Origin: Candidatus Bathyarchaeia archaeon
GTDB taxonomy: Archaea; Thermoproteota; Bathyarchaeia; 40CM-2-53-6
Reading direction: 5' to 3'
Length of the DNA: 51,740 nt
NCBI GenBank assembly: GCA_049517415.1
Contig: JBEKSC010000020.1
Location: 1-51,740, forward strand
A program made the translations under genes and the position numbers. This document shows positions 18,513 through 28,689 of this stretch, one piece after another (the first letter of the stretch is position 1; each line of letters starts with the position of its first letter). The notes beneath the pieces are model-generated. The model was not told where the DNA came from, made no database searches, and saw only the letters and a program-made list of their open reading frames with translations.

Positions 18513-19463
18513 TTGAGGGCTGAGATTGGGGTTAAAACGTCCCAAGGTAGGCTGCTTGGGCGGTATGAGAATCTCAGGAATGTTTGGGTTGAGGCTGATA
18601 GGCTGGGTTTCCATTCGGGGTGGCTGTTTGACCATCTTTTCGAACTTCCACTCTTTGGGCCGTCACGGGAGCCTTGTTTGGAGGCTTGGACTGTTCTGTC
18701 TGCGCTCTCGAAGGAAACAAAGCAATTGAAGCTAGGCGTAACGTGCCTCTGCGTTACGTATCGGAATCCCGCCATATTGGCCAAGATGTCAAGCACATTA
18801 GATGTAATCAGTGGAGGAAGATTCGAACTCGGCATCGGAGCGGGCTGGGCTAAGACAGAGCATGAAAGCTATGGCATACCTTTCGGAAAGCCGCGAGAAA
18901 GAGTTCAGAGACTCGAAGAAGCAGTTACCATAGTAAAGAAGATGTGGACGGAAGACAGCGCATCATTCCAAGGAAAATACTACACCGTAAATGGGGCTGT
19001 CTGCGAACCAAAACCGGTACAGAAACCGAGGCCACTGATATGGATAGGTGGCGGCGGCGAGAAACTAACATTAAGGGCCGTTGCAAAACTTGCCGACGGA
19101 TGCAATTTCATAGGCCTAAGTCCAGACGAGTACAAGCACAAGATCGAGATACTCACCAAACACTGCGACTCCATTGAGCGAAGGCTCAGCGATGTGAGAA
19201 AATCTTGGCAAGGACCCGTTGTTATTGGGGGAACTAGTGCCGAAGTGAAGAATAAGATGGAGCTAGCGGTTCGCAGCGGAGACATCAGAAGCGAATACGC
19301 AAAAGATCACACTATCGCCGGAACACCCGAACAATGCGTTCAACGGATTGGCCAGTACGTCGACCTCGGAGTCGATAGGTTCATGCTGTCATTTCCAGAA
19401 TCAGCCACCGACCTAAGCGGAATAAGACTATTCGGAGAAAAAGTCTTACCAAGCTTCAAGTAG
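18513..19463 (+). CDS. LLM-class (luciferase-like) oxidoreductase, probably F420-dependent
   Basis: GF.S.W.FDH, EAWTVLSAL, YRNPAILAK...LDVISGGRFELGIGAGW, PKPVQKP.P.IWIGGGGEK and GTPEQC motifs. Start moved to TTG 18513, which has GAGG upstream. Confidence 0.88.
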   Translation: MRAEIGVKTSQGRLLGRYENLRNVWVEADRLGFHSGWLFDHLFELPLFGPSREPCLEAWTVLSALSKETKQLKLGVTCLCVTYRNPAILAKMSSTLDVISGGRFELGIGAGWAKTEHESYGIPFGKPRERVQRLEEAVTIVKKMWTEDSASFQGKYYTVNGAVCEPKPVQKPRPLIWIGGGGEKLTLRAVAKLADGCNFIGLSPDEYKHKIEILTKHCDSIERRLSDVRKSWQGPVVIGGTSAEVKNKMELAVRSGDIRSEYAKDHTIAGTPEQCVQRIGQYVDLGVDRFMLSFPESATDLSGIRLFGEKVLPSFK

Positions 19464-19537
19464 CTGCAAATCCAACTCTACTAACCGCTTGTTGCAATTA
19501 ATGAAATTCATTGCCGCAACCCTCCTCGAAAAATGAT

Positions 19538-20230
19538 TCACATTCCTACGTACAGGCGTTCAGCCAAGAATCTCGGCAGTCCGGCTTGAACAATTTTGTC
19601 TGCGACAGAACTTACGTCATATTCGACTCGTATGATACCGAAGGATAATTGTCCTTCCGAGATAGTAAGAGTTGCGAAGCTTGCTCGAGGGTCACCATCC
19701 CGCGGCTGGCCCACACTGCCTGGGTTGCCAACCATATTTCCTCCGAACGAATACGCCATAGGCACGTGTGTATGCCCGAGCAGTACTATTTCTGCCCCAC
19801 TTCGTGCGATCAATTTACGTACGGCCGAATCGGTTAAGCTTGGCAAAACATATTCTGTCAGCGGATTACTTGGGCTACCGTGAAAGAGACCTAAGTGTTT
19901 GCCACCCTTTTCCAAACTTGCTGAGGGCTTTAAGGTGGCCAGGTATTCAAAGTACTGATGCGTGATTTTCTTCCTAGTCCATTCTACAGCTTCAGCTGCA
20001 TGGGACGAGAATCCTTCAGTGTCACCCGTCACAACCGCGTAATCATGGTTACCCATTAGCACGGCGCTTGGCCTAAGCTGTCTAAGTCTTTCCACCACTT
20101 CGTTTGGTTGCGGTCCGTAACCCACCAAATCTCCCAAGCAGAATAGTTCATCATAGCTAGGTAACTTGGCGATGACTGCTTCAAAGGCGTCGAGATTCGA
20201 ATGAATGTCAGAGATGACAACGATTTTCAA
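19538..20230 (-). CDS. metallophosphoesterase (calcineurin-like, YfcE/MJ0912 type)
   Basis: SDIHSN, GDLVGYG, GNHD, HGSP, GHTH and NPGSVGQPRDG motifs. Confidence 0.92.
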   Translation of the reverse strand: MKIVVISDIHSNLDAFEAVIAKLPSYDELFCLGDLVGYGPQPNEVVERLRQLRPSAVLMGNHDYAVVTGDTEGFSSHAAEAVEWTRKKITHQYFEYLATLKPSASLEKGGKHLGLFHGSPSNPLTEYVLPSLTDSAVRKLIARSGAEIVLLGHTHVPMAYSFGGNMVGNPGSVGQPRDGDPRASFATLTISEGQLSFGIIRVEYDVSSVADKIVQAGLPRFLAERLYVGM

Positions 20231-20286
20231 CGGAAGCTCCTTGGAATGAGCGACCTCGACTGAGAAATGGTTAGCGGTTTGTTCTG

Positions 20287-20889
20287 TTAAACTTCTAAGT
20301 CAATCGGCTCGACGTAGGAGAGATCCTCGCCACAATATGGACAGAGTTTGAACGTTCTATCAACTTTCTTCCCGCATTCGGGACATTCGACTTTGAATGG
20401 GTACCTGCAGAAGGGACAGAGCGCGAAGTCAGCTGCAACTTTGCGCCCGCATTTCTTACACAGTTGTTCACTGCTGCTATCTGCAACATGTGTTGGGTGC
20501 TCCAGGCCTTGAATGATGACTGGTAAGGGCTGTCCGGAACCGGAACTCGAGTCTCGAACAATATTCTCACGAAGAATACGGTGAAGTTGGAATGCGTCAT
20601 ATTTTGCCAAGTTACCGACTTTGATGGTTTGTACTCCTGACCGCATTAGAATTTCGACGCTGGCCCTGCGGACTCCCCGGTCGAGTTTGATGTTGACCAT
20701 GTTAGAATAAGGATAATCAACGAAGCTTTTCTTCAGCCCCAATCCGCCTGTTTTGCGAATTATGATACGCTGGTCGCTGACGACCACCGTGTCGCTGCCG
20801 CGGAGAACCCAGATGACCTTCTCACCATAGTTGATGAGGTGTTTCATGTCCTCCGGTACTGGTAGCATTCCCAAATGATGGAGCCTCAT
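20287..20889 (-). CDS. bacterial-type PH domain protein with C-terminal double zinc ribbon
   Basis: VVVSDQRIII...DYPYSNM (bPH-like), then four CxxC pairs (CKKC, CPFC, CPEC, CPYC). Confidence 0.75.
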   Translation of the reverse strand: MRLHHLGMLPVPEDMKHLINYGEKVIWVLRGSDTVVVSDQRIIIRKTGGLGLKKSFVDYPYSNMVNIKLDRGVRRASVEILMRSGVQTIKVGNLAKYDAFQLHRILRENIVRDSSSGSGQPLPVIIQGLEHPTHVADSSSEQLCKKCGRKVAADFALCPFCRYPFKVECPECGKKVDRTFKLCPYCGEDLSYVEPIDLEV

Positions 20890-21055
20890 GTCACAACGAC
20901 CCGTTTAGCGCCTTTTGATGATAAGATGTATTGCACTACAGTACAAAAAAACCTGGTAAGTACAGGAAGGAAAACGACCTAGACAATGCAATTTCACACA
21001 CCGTCACCAAGTTGAGTTAAGTATGTTCAACTTGCCTAGTCGGTGGTAGATTCCT

Positions 21056-21442
21056 ATGGAAATGAATGAGGCGACAATGGAGGTAAACTCCAGAACCTTC
21101 AGGGTGAACTATTCGGGGCTCGAGAACGCTGTTATAGCCTTCTTCTTTGAAGATCGGATGCGCTTAGGAACACTCGCCATTGCTATGCCTGGGACGGATG
21201 AAGTCGCTGTGGGCCGCTCTTCTGTCCTTGTTGGTGGAAAGTATCTCATGACGAGCCGCGCCTTGGCGGAGAGGCTCGCCGGAAAGAGTGGAAAGATCGC
21301 GCTCGTATCACTATTCACGGAGCTTGATGAGGCGGAAGCGTTTCGGATGTACGCAAAACTTCTTGAAAAGGTCCAATTGGGAACTCAAAGCGCGGAGAAG
21401 TCTCTGCGGCCTAACAGATCAATACGACAGAACATTGGATAG
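21056..21442 (+). CDS. proteasome assembly chaperone 4 (PAC4)-like protein
   Basis: LGTLAIAM...SSVLVG...SRALAERLAGKSGKIALVS resembles the PAC4 pattern (LxxLAVAM...STSLLG...LAQRLARKT.K.VFVS), recognised from memory. Confidence 0.6.
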   Translation: MEMNEATMEVNSRTFRVNYSGLENAVIAFFFEDRMRLGTLAIAMPGTDEVAVGRSSVLVGGKYLMTSRALAERLAGKSGKIALVSLFTELDEAEAFRMYAKLLEKVQLGTQSAEKSLRPNRSIRQNIG

Positions 21443-22708
21443 CGGCGATTCTCCCAGAACCTTAATCGCGGCCTCAGTTACTCGTTCCCTGTATTCTTCT
21501 TTAGTGTACACGCGAATTATGTTCATGAACACTTGAAGGTCATTCACCACCTTCGAGAGCTCGGTTATCTTCTGTGGTACCTTTTCACCCAAACGGTTCT
21601 TTGAGAAAATTGGTATGTCAATTGGGCCGATGTCCATAGCGTAATGATATGGTACGGACGGAAGGGAAGGGACGTCAATTCCGACGTCAGACAAGGGGAC
21701 CTTTGCTTTGGCTGCGATATCTTCCTCGAGTCTCAGACGCACGTTTTCGTTGGTGAATACGCTTGAGACGAGTTCATCCTTAACAAAGAAGGTTCTCTCG
21801 TAAGCGCATTTCAGAAGTCTCCTTTCGGATAGTTCCCGTATGATTTGTCGGGATCTTGGGTTCAATAACAGTTTCGACCAAACTGTGTAATCATCCCATT
21901 CCATGTATTCGTCTGGAGTTTTCACATTTAGAATTTCAAGATCTTCTTTAGCGGCGTCCAAGGCTTTGAGCATCATCATCTGAACTGCTCTACAGGCGCG
22001 GTGGAAGTAGATAGCCCTGAATGACTCGAGCCGAGCTAAGATGAGGCTCTCAAGTGTGGGGAGTGCGGTTATGTCAACTGCTAAGTTGCCGTCCAAGATG
22101 TCCATCGTGTATATCAGCCGAAAGACATCAACCGATCCATACCCTGCCCCAGTATGGTAGGAGTCTCTAACGACAAAATCCATCTTATCAACGTCGAATG
22201 AGCTGCTGATTATTTGGCCAAGGAATCGCTTCCCGGGTTTAGAAGATTTGCCGACAGCAAGGTTGCTTAATTCCTTAGCATCAAACCCTTGTTCCTCGAT
22301 CACTCCACTCAAACTTGAGTTGGCTATGATCCAAGTCGAAATGTCCTCGTGGTTCCGCCCCAGATATTTGAGGAGGAAGGGTTCGAAGAGGTGTGAAAAC
22401 GGAGCGTGGCCAACGTCATGCAACAAAGCAGCCAGACGCACTCTCTGTTTTTCGTCGGCTGAAAGCTCCGTCGGAATATTCTCAGCGACGACACCCGCAA
22501 GGTACATAGCCCCTAGAACGTGTTCGAACCGAGTGTGGTTTGCAGCTGGATAGACGTACTCTGCCCCCGCGAGTTGCCTAATCCTTCGTAGCCTCTGAAC
22601 AGCGAGGGTATCGATAACGTTACGTTCAATCTCTGTTAAGCGAATATAACCGTAAACGGGATCCTTGATGAAGCCCCAATATCTCTCCTGGTTACCGTCG
22701 ACTGTCAA
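21419..22708 (-). CDS. HD-domain deoxynucleoside triphosphate triphosphohydrolase (SAMHD1/YwfO-like)
   Basis: DPVYG, QRLRRIRQL, HTRFEH, LLHDVGHAPFSH, DVDKMDFVVRD and IYFH motifs. Confidence 0.9.
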   Translation of the reverse strand: MTVDGNQERYWGFIKDPVYGYIRLTEIERNVIDTLAVQRLRRIRQLAGAEYVYPAANHTRFEHVLGAMYLAGVVAENIPTELSADEKQRVRLAALLHDVGHAPFSHLFEPFLLKYLGRNHEDISTWIIANSSLSGVIEEQGFDAKELSNLAVGKSSKPGKRFLGQIISSSFDVDKMDFVVRDSYHTGAGYGSVDVFRLIYTMDILDGNLAVDITALPTLESLILARLESFRAIYFHRACRAVQMMMLKALDAAKEDLEILNVKTPDEYMEWDDYTVWSKLLLNPRSRQIIRELSERRLLKCAYERTFFVKDELVSSVFTNENVRLRLEEDIAAKAKVPLSDVGIDVPSLPSVPYHYAMDIGPIDIPIFSKNRLGEKVPQKITELSKVVNDLQVFMNIIRVYTKEEYRERVTEAAIKVLGESPLSNVLSY

Positions 22709-22869
22709 ACCTTGACCTCTCTACTATTCTTTAACCGATCTCGTGCGTGACCTCATTTGTGTTCATACGTTTAGTATAATGTTGCCTCAGGACTGGCGGG
22801 GAAAGTATGGGAATTGAATTGAACTGTGTAATAGCTATGATTTTTCAGTTGCAAAGAATCATCGCTCTA

Positions 22870-23493
22870 TTACGATGATCGGATCCTAAGTGAGCGAGAG
22901 ATATGAGTCCACAATTCCGCGTGGACAGTTTTAGGATCTTGTTCGGCGTCAATTACTTTCCAGGCGTATCGTTTGGCAAGTCGGAGGTATGCGCCTCTCA
23001 CTTTTCGCAAATATTCGCGATCGGCCTCATGAACGTCCCTCCGATTTCTCTTCCGCCGGAATGATGCTTGAGGGGCGATATCGAGAACGACCACAACGCT
23101 CGGTTCTGGTAAGCCTTTCTCCAACGATTTTAGCCAATCGAGTGGTAGACCGTGAGCCAACCCATAGGCCAGATTTGATGGGCTGTAACGGTTTACAATT
23201 ACGTTATGACCTTTCGCAATCTCCTGGTTCAGTTCTTGGAATTGTTCCCATTTATTTGCTGCATACAGGAGGTGAACGGCATGATAGTCAAGCTGATTTT
23301 TTCCAGCCAAGTAAGCCCTCAACTGTTTTCCGATTGGTGTTGTATAGTCAGGGAAGTTCCAAACTGATGCCCGATACCCTCGATTGGCAAATTCTCTGGC
23401 CAGAAGATTTGATTGCGTTCTCTTGCCAGACTGGTCTATTCCCTCAATTACGATTAGTAGGCCACGAGTTCTTTGCAACGGTTCTACGTCCAA
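22870..23493 (-). CDS. tmk: thymidylate kinase
   Basis: IVIEGIDQSGKRTQ P-loop, LLYAANKWE, NRYSPSNLAY and LPEP motifs. Confidence 0.9.
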   Translation of the reverse strand: MDVEPLQRTRGLLIVIEGIDQSGKRTQSNLLAREFANRGYRASVWNFPDYTTPIGKQLRAYLAGKNQLDYHAVHLLYAANKWEQFQELNQEIAKGHNVIVNRYSPSNLAYGLAHGLPLDWLKSLEKGLPEPSVVVVLDIAPQASFRRKRNRRDVHEADREYLRKVRGAYLRLAKRYAWKVIDAEQDPKTVHAELWTHISRSLRIRSS

Positions 23494-23622
23494 TACTTTT
23501 CATGATTCAAAGGAAATAAGCGTGAACTAACAGGGACCCACTTTCGGCGTTTTTTCGCCTTCCTGTGGATCCTGTAGATGTCCAGCCAGATGTTTTCTGA
23601 AGCTGTTTCACGCCAAACTACC

Positions 23623-24612
23623 TCAGAACGACCTTGAAATAAGAAAGTCGGCAATCGATGATAAGTTGTTTCTTGCCTCTGACGGGGGGAGCCTGTTCAA
23701 CGCTTTCATGGCGTTTTCCAAGAAGGCTTCAGCCTGCGTTTTAGCGTACTCGGTTGAACCATATTTCTCGTATAAGTCGATTACCTTTCGTATCTCGTTC
23801 TTCTTGATATTCTTCTTCCCCAGTAGTCGGCCAAAGACCTTCTTGTCCTGAGGACTTGCGGCCTTTAGCAAATGAGCTGCCAAGACGGTTTTCTTTCCTT
23901 CACGAATATCGCCCCCAATCTCCTTTCCGTACTCTTTCACGTCACCCATAACATTGAGTAAATCGTCAACTATTTGGAAGGTTATGCCAACTGTTTCGCC
24001 AAACTCGCCAAGTATTTTGAGTTGCTCCTCCGAACCTCCTCCTGCGATCGCACCACCTTCAGTTGACAATCCCGTGAGTGCCCCTGTCTTATACCTGAGA
24101 AGTCGGATCACGTCCTCTTCAGTGAAATTCTTCCTTTCCCACATGCTGAATTCGAAAGCTTGCCCCCAAGTGATTTCGTATGCGCGGCCCGCAATTTTCG
24201 CTACAAGCCTTTGGCAGAGTTCTGCGGGAATCTTGCTCGAGTTTGCGATTTCGAATACTTTGATGAGCATCGCGTCTCCCGCATTGATCGCGATGGGGAC
24301 ACCGTAGATTTTGTGAATGCATGGTTTTCCGCGCCGAAGTTCGCTTTGGTCCTCGATATCATCGTGAACCAAGGTCATGTTGTGAAGAAGCTCGATTGCT
24401 GCAGCTGCAGCGACTGCATCTTCTTTTTTGCCGCCGACACATTCACAGGCCAAGAATGTTAGCGCTGGCCGGATTCGTTTCCCGCCTCTATCAAGTAGGT
24501 CCCACACTGAAGCGTAAAACTCAAGTGGTTCACCACCTCGCGGCAAGTGCTTTTCCAGTTCAACTTCAACGTCGGCCTTGTACTGGTCGAGAATTTCCAG
24601 GGCCGGTTTCAT
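23623..24612 (-). CDS. polyprenyl (geranylgeranyl) diphosphate synthase, IdsA type
   Basis: GGKRIRP, first aspartate-rich motif LVHDDIED..ELRRG, GQ, KTG, and second motif FQIVDD..GDIREGKKT. Confidence 0.93.
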   Translation of the reverse strand: MKPALEILDQYKADVEVELEKHLPRGGEPLEFYASVWDLLDRGGKRIRPALTFLACECVGGKKEDAVAAAAAIELLHNMTLVHDDIEDQSELRRGKPCIHKIYGVPIAINAGDAMLIKVFEIANSSKIPAELCQRLVAKIAGRAYEITWGQAFEFSMWERKNFTEEDVIRLLRYKTGALTGLSTEGGAIAGGGSEEQLKILGEFGETVGITFQIVDDLLNVMGDVKEYGKEIGGDIREGKKTVLAAHLLKAASPQDKKVFGRLLGKKNIKKNEIRKVIDLYEKYGSTEYAKTQAEAFLENAMKALNRLPPSEARNNLSSIADFLISRSF

Positions 24613-24701
24613 GGTCAGGTTGAATATGGACTGTGGTTCTTCAAGTCATCGGCGACAGCTTTACGTTCGCTTAGAGAAGCAATTTTGCTATGAGGTGCGG
24701 G

Positions 24702-26963
24702 CTAAGCTTCAAAGTGTGGCCTGTACTTTGAAGTTAGCACTCGTCTAATTTCCTCTGAGATTTTCTCTCCAATTCCTGCGACTGACATTAGCTCCTCTTT
24801 CGAAGCTTGGAATATTCGCTCGACGGTCTGAAAGGAACTGAGCAATTTCTTTGATCGGGTGTTGTCAATGTTTGGTAGGCTGGCTACGATGAACTCCTGT
24901 TGATTTTCAATGGTTGCCGGCTTTGCAGCTGTCATTATTCTTGGTTTCCGCTTATCTTGAGTCTGCTCGCGCCTCGCTATGGCAAACATCAACTGGGCTG
25001 CCTCAGAAGGTTTCTGTGCCCAAACTATTGGGATTCCATAGTCAATCAAGATGCTCGCGTAGGCACCCATCATTGCTTCAGGCCGGACGCGGCCTGATCC
25101 CAACAAAGTTTCGCCTTCAACAATGAAAACCGGTTTAGCGTAAGATTCCTTGAGCCTTACTGCCTGTTGGAATAATCTTCCGTCAATTATAGAGGACGCG
25201 AAATCCTCGATATCCTTTCGTTCTACCACAATCCTATCTGATAGGACGAAGTCGCCTACTTCCAGGGTCTGGGACCTCATGAGTACCCCTAGTTTCGCTA
25301 ACTCTCTCGTTACCAAAGCGCCCAGCTCTCTAGAATCTACCACCACTTCTATTTGTTCTTCCAATTTCTTTTCCTTCACATTTGATGAAATGTATTTCTC
25401 CATTCTGATCTGGTCGGGGGCGTTCGGTTTCTGCGTTTTCAGGAACTGCCTGATTGCAGAAGCCATTTCGCGTTCTCTGCGTTGGGAGATCCAATAGTAG
25501 GCTTCATCACGCGTACCCTTCGCTATCAGGATAATTGCTTCACCGGGTCCTTTCCGGCCAGTTCTCCCCCGACGCTGAATATAGCGCACTGCGCTCGGCA
25601 CAGTGTCGTAGAAAATGACTTCATCACACTCCACTATGTCGAGACCCTCTTCACCAATCTGCGTTGCAACTAGGACATTGAATGTGCCTGACCTGAAATC
25701 GTCCAATATCGCAACTTGTTTCTTTTGAGTCAAGCCAGGGTCTCTTGTTCGTGAAGCCTGCCCTACCAAGCGTACGGCTGATACGCCTTCGACTTTGTTG
25801 AGTACTTCTGTGAGCCTCGCTGCAGTTGTTCGGTAGTTGGTGAAAACCATGACACGCCGTGCGCCCCTACTGAGAGCGACGCGTATCGCTTTGATTAGCT
25901 CCGTAACTTTGGGATGGTCTGCTTCCTTTGCTACTAAGTCATTCACAATTGACGCTACCCGCTTCATTCTGGGGTCGTCAAGAATCATCTTTAGGCCTGG
26001 GGAAGAGCGCTTGTTGGCCTTTTCTTGAAGGCTGTCAAGATGCTCCTTCAGCGCTGGAAAACCTTGTGTCTCAAGAAATTCAATTGCACGAATCCCATGT
26101 ACCGACGCGTACACATAGCCTAGATACGCTCTGGCATCTCTGTTGCCCCCGGCAGCATCTTCTAGTATCCTTTCCCTAGCAGCAAGTATGTCTCGCAAAC
26201 GGACCCTGTCCATTGCCGCCGTTTCCAGATAACCATGATCACGCACTACGCGCAACTTCTCGCGCAAGAAAGCCTCCAGTTCTCGCTTAACATCGTAGAA
26301 TATCTTCGGAAGGTCAACGGTAACCCACTTTACCTCTATTCCACCAACGTATGGCCTCACATCATCGCTTTGGATTGTTCGCGCTTCCACCCACTCTAGG
26401 TGAAGGTTCTTACAGATCTCACGAACATCAGCCTCGCTAGAACCTGGCGACGCCGTCAAACCAAGTATGAGGCTGTTGTTGGTGGTTGCATACTTTTCCG
26501 CGATGAATGCGTATGGGTAGTCGCCGACTCCTCTGTGTGCCTCGTCGAAAATTATCAGGGAAAAATTGTCAAGCACAACCTTCCCTGTAAGAAGGTCATT
26601 CATGAAAACCTGTGGCGTTGAGAATATCAAACGCTTCTTCCAAGAGCCCACTCTTTCCTCGGGCGCAACTTCCCCCGTCAGCCACACTACCGAATCCTGG
26701 TCTACCCTCATGAGTTTCTGAAAAGTCCGGAAATGTTGCAACACGAGAGGTTTTGTTGGGGCAAGCATTACGACGCCTTTGCTTGGGAAAACCTTGAGCC
26801 TCTGAGCGGCCACGTAGGCTGCCACAACTGACTTCCCCAAACCCGTTGGTAAGCAAACCAGAGTGTTAGTCCGCGCTGCGGTGCGAGCTATGACCTCTTG
26901 GTAGGAGCGGCGCTCTATAGATTCGAACCTCAGAAGTGAATTGGAGCTGAGCTCTTCAGGCAT
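24702..26963 (-). CDS. hef: Hef: SF2 (DEAH) helicase fused to an ERCC4/XPF nuclease and HhH motifs (FANCM homolog)
   Basis: LPTGLGKS, DEAHR, LTASP, EEGLDI and QRRGRTGR helicase motifs; nuclease motifs VDSRE, GDF and VERK; C-terminal GIGEK. Confidence 0.92.
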   Translation of the reverse strand: MPEELSSNSLLRFESIERRSYQEVIARTAARTNTLVCLPTGLGKSVVAAYVAAQRLKVFPSKGVVMLAPTKPLVLQHFRTFQKLMRVDQDSVVWLTGEVAPEERVGSWKKRLIFSTPQVFMNDLLTGKVVLDNFSLIIFDEAHRGVGDYPYAFIAEKYATTNNSLILGLTASPGSSEADVREICKNLHLEWVEARTIQSDDVRPYVGGIEVKWVTVDLPKIFYDVKRELEAFLREKLRVVRDHGYLETAAMDRVRLRDILAARERILEDAAGGNRDARAYLGYVYASVHGIRAIEFLETQGFPALKEHLDSLQEKANKRSSPGLKMILDDPRMKRVASIVNDLVAKEADHPKVTELIKAIRVALSRGARRVMVFTNYRTTAARLTEVLNKVEGVSAVRLVGQASRTRDPGLTQKKQVAILDDFRSGTFNVLVATQIGEEGLDIVECDEVIFYDTVPSAVRYIQRRGRTGRKGPGEAIILIAKGTRDEAYYWISQRREREMASAIRQFLKTQKPNAPDQIRMEKYISSNVKEKKLEEQIEVVVDSRELGALVTRELAKLGVLMRSQTLEVGDFVLSDRIVVERKDIEDFASSIIDGRLFQQAVRLKESYAKPVFIVEGETLLGSGRVRPEAMMGAYASILIDYGIPIVWAQKPSEAAQLMFAIARREQTQDKRKPRIMTAAKPATIENQQEFIVASLPNIDNTRSKKLLSSFQTVERIFQASKEELMSVAGIGEKISEEIRRVLTSKYRPHFEA

Positions 26964-27089
26964 AGTGCGCCCCTCCTAGTTGGATTGGTATGAAAACGGA
27001 CCAGCGGCGTATAAGTCACGGGGGTTACGCCCGTGTTCGATTGCCGAGTTCCTTGGGATGGACTGTTGAGCGAAAAGAGTGATTGCTGC

Positions 27090-27974
27090 CTATGGCTGGT
27101 TTGCGCCGCAGCTACCGCAGAACTTCGCAGACGCTGGAAGCTTCGCCCCACAGTTCATACAGAACTTTTGGCCCTCCGCAACGGGAGTCGGCGGCGGGGT
27201 TGGTGCAGCTGCGCCACAGGTTGGGCAAAACTTATGCTGCGGCTGAAGTGCAGTTCCACACGAAGAGCAAACTAGACTGCTTGCTGCACTCGGTTGGACG
27301 CGTAGCTCGGGCGAGGCTCCCTCATTATACAGCAAACCAAGTGACCTGAAGCTGAAGACGCTTAAGATGGGCGAGATTATTGCGGAAATTACCCAACCTA
27401 CGAATGGTATCCGCCAAGCCGCACCGCCTATTATCATGATTATAATTAGTACTACGATCCAGGTGATGTATTTCCCCCAACCTATTCCGCGAATAATTCT
27501 GAGTATTTCGCCGAACGCGAAAGCTTTCCCGAATTTCCCAGTCTTCAACATATGAGCGATGCCGGCAGCGAGCAGGACCAAAAGAATGATTCCTAGGAGA
27601 ATTCCAACCAGCAACACAACCACACCAGTTCCCCCAAGCATCACGCTCGGGGCTGCGAATCCGCCCTGCAAAGACAGCATGCCCGCAAATAACGAGAATG
27701 CGCCCGCCCCGATCAAGATTGCCGGAATCAACATGTAGATTGCCCATGCAACGGCGACTTTGAAGCCGTCGACGAACATCTCGCCGTACTTCTCGAGTTT
27801 CGGCGGTGTATCGGTGCCTGGAGATTCCCTCAGCACTCGAGCGGCGTATCCGATCACAATAAAGTCCACGATGGGTATAATACCGAGCACTATGAGGATT
27901 ATTAGCCTCCCGCCATCGCCGAGCAATCTCTTCGCAAATTCGAAACTGTTGCTGAGATTTTCACTAAGCTTCAA
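27090..27974 (-). CDS. DUF4013-like membrane protein with C-terminal double zinc ribbon
   Basis: GY..RVLR, F.DGFK and AFAFGEI motifs with several TMs; C-terminal CSSC/FCPTCG and FCMNCG/FCGSCG. Confidence 0.75.
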   Translation of the reverse strand: MKLSENLSNSFEFAKRLLGDGGRLIILIVLGIIPIVDFIVIGYAARVLRESPGTDTPPKLEKYGEMFVDGFKVAVAWAIYMLIPAILIGAGAFSLFAGMLSLQGGFAAPSVMLGGTGVVVLLVGILLGIILLVLLAAGIAHMLKTGKFGKAFAFGEILRIIRGIGWGKYITWIVVLIIIMIIGGAAWRIPFVGWVISAIISPILSVFSFRSLGLLYNEGASPELRVQPSAASSLVCSSCGTALQPQHKFCPTCGAAAPTPPPTPVAEGQKFCMNCGAKLPASAKFCGSCGANQP

Positions 27975-28123
27975 TTTGACTGCCTTCTAGTGAATTAATA
28001 TCGGTTATCTCCAATACCCATTACTGGACGCTAACGCATAGCCAACGTGCTCATAGCATATAAAATGGTACGAAGGTAAGTTAGGATGTACTCCATCCGA
28101 ACACAATGCTCCCTACTCAGCGG

Positions 28124-28483
28124 TTACTCGGAACCCCGGCTTCTTAGCTGTTTCAGCTTCTCTAGCGCGCTCAGCCAACTGGCCAAGGCGTTGCCATATA
28201 CGATCAATTTCTCGGGGTCCGTTTCATTCCTCATCGCCATATTGATTTCTCGAATTTTGGAAAACAAAATCATCTCGGAGTCCTCGAGCACCTTATCAGC
28301 CATGAACCGTGTCTCTTGCTCAGCGGATTGAATGATCACTACCGGTTTGTCGCATTTTGCGCAGAACGTTTCCTTGCCTCTTCGGAAGAGCGGGGTTCCG
28401 CACTCAGGGCAGGTCTCCGATAACATCGTAGCCCCGGATTTGAGAAGTTCAGCCATTTTCTTAACTTCAAAGGCCAAAGACAT
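28124..28483 (-). CDS. UPF0148 / autoantigen p27 (SSSCA1)-like zinc-finger protein
   Basis: MAELLKSGATMLSETCPECGTPLF...FCAKC signature. Start is ATG 28483 or 28456. Confidence 0.85.
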   Translation of the reverse strand: MSLAFEVKKMAELLKSGATMLSETCPECGTPLFRRGKETFCAKCDKPVVIIQSAEQETRFMADKVLEDSEMILFSKIREINMAMRNETDPEKLIVYGNALASWLSALEKLKQLRSRGSE

Positions 28484-28689
28484 CGACCATGCAAGAGTAT
28501 GGCAAACGACTATTACACCTTGTTGGCGGCTGAGCCGTTCCATATGCGAATTGATAAAGGCTTTAGATATTGCCTTTGAAGGAATCTGAGTGAAGAGTCG
28601 CGATCAGACGCTATCGACTAAGCAACTAAAGGGGCCTACCGGTAGACTGTGAGCTAACTTAGATTACGATGCCTGAATTTCCATCAGGT

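Noticed and set aside
19490..19520. Imperfect inverted repeat between the convergent LLM and phosphoesterase genes
   Set aside because: Weak AT-rich stem. It could aid termination but cannot be supported as a feature.
27017..27045. CACGGG/CCCGTG hairpin followed by TTCGA, resembling a tRNA T-arm
   Set aside because: No acceptor stem, D-arm or anticodon arm can be built around it.
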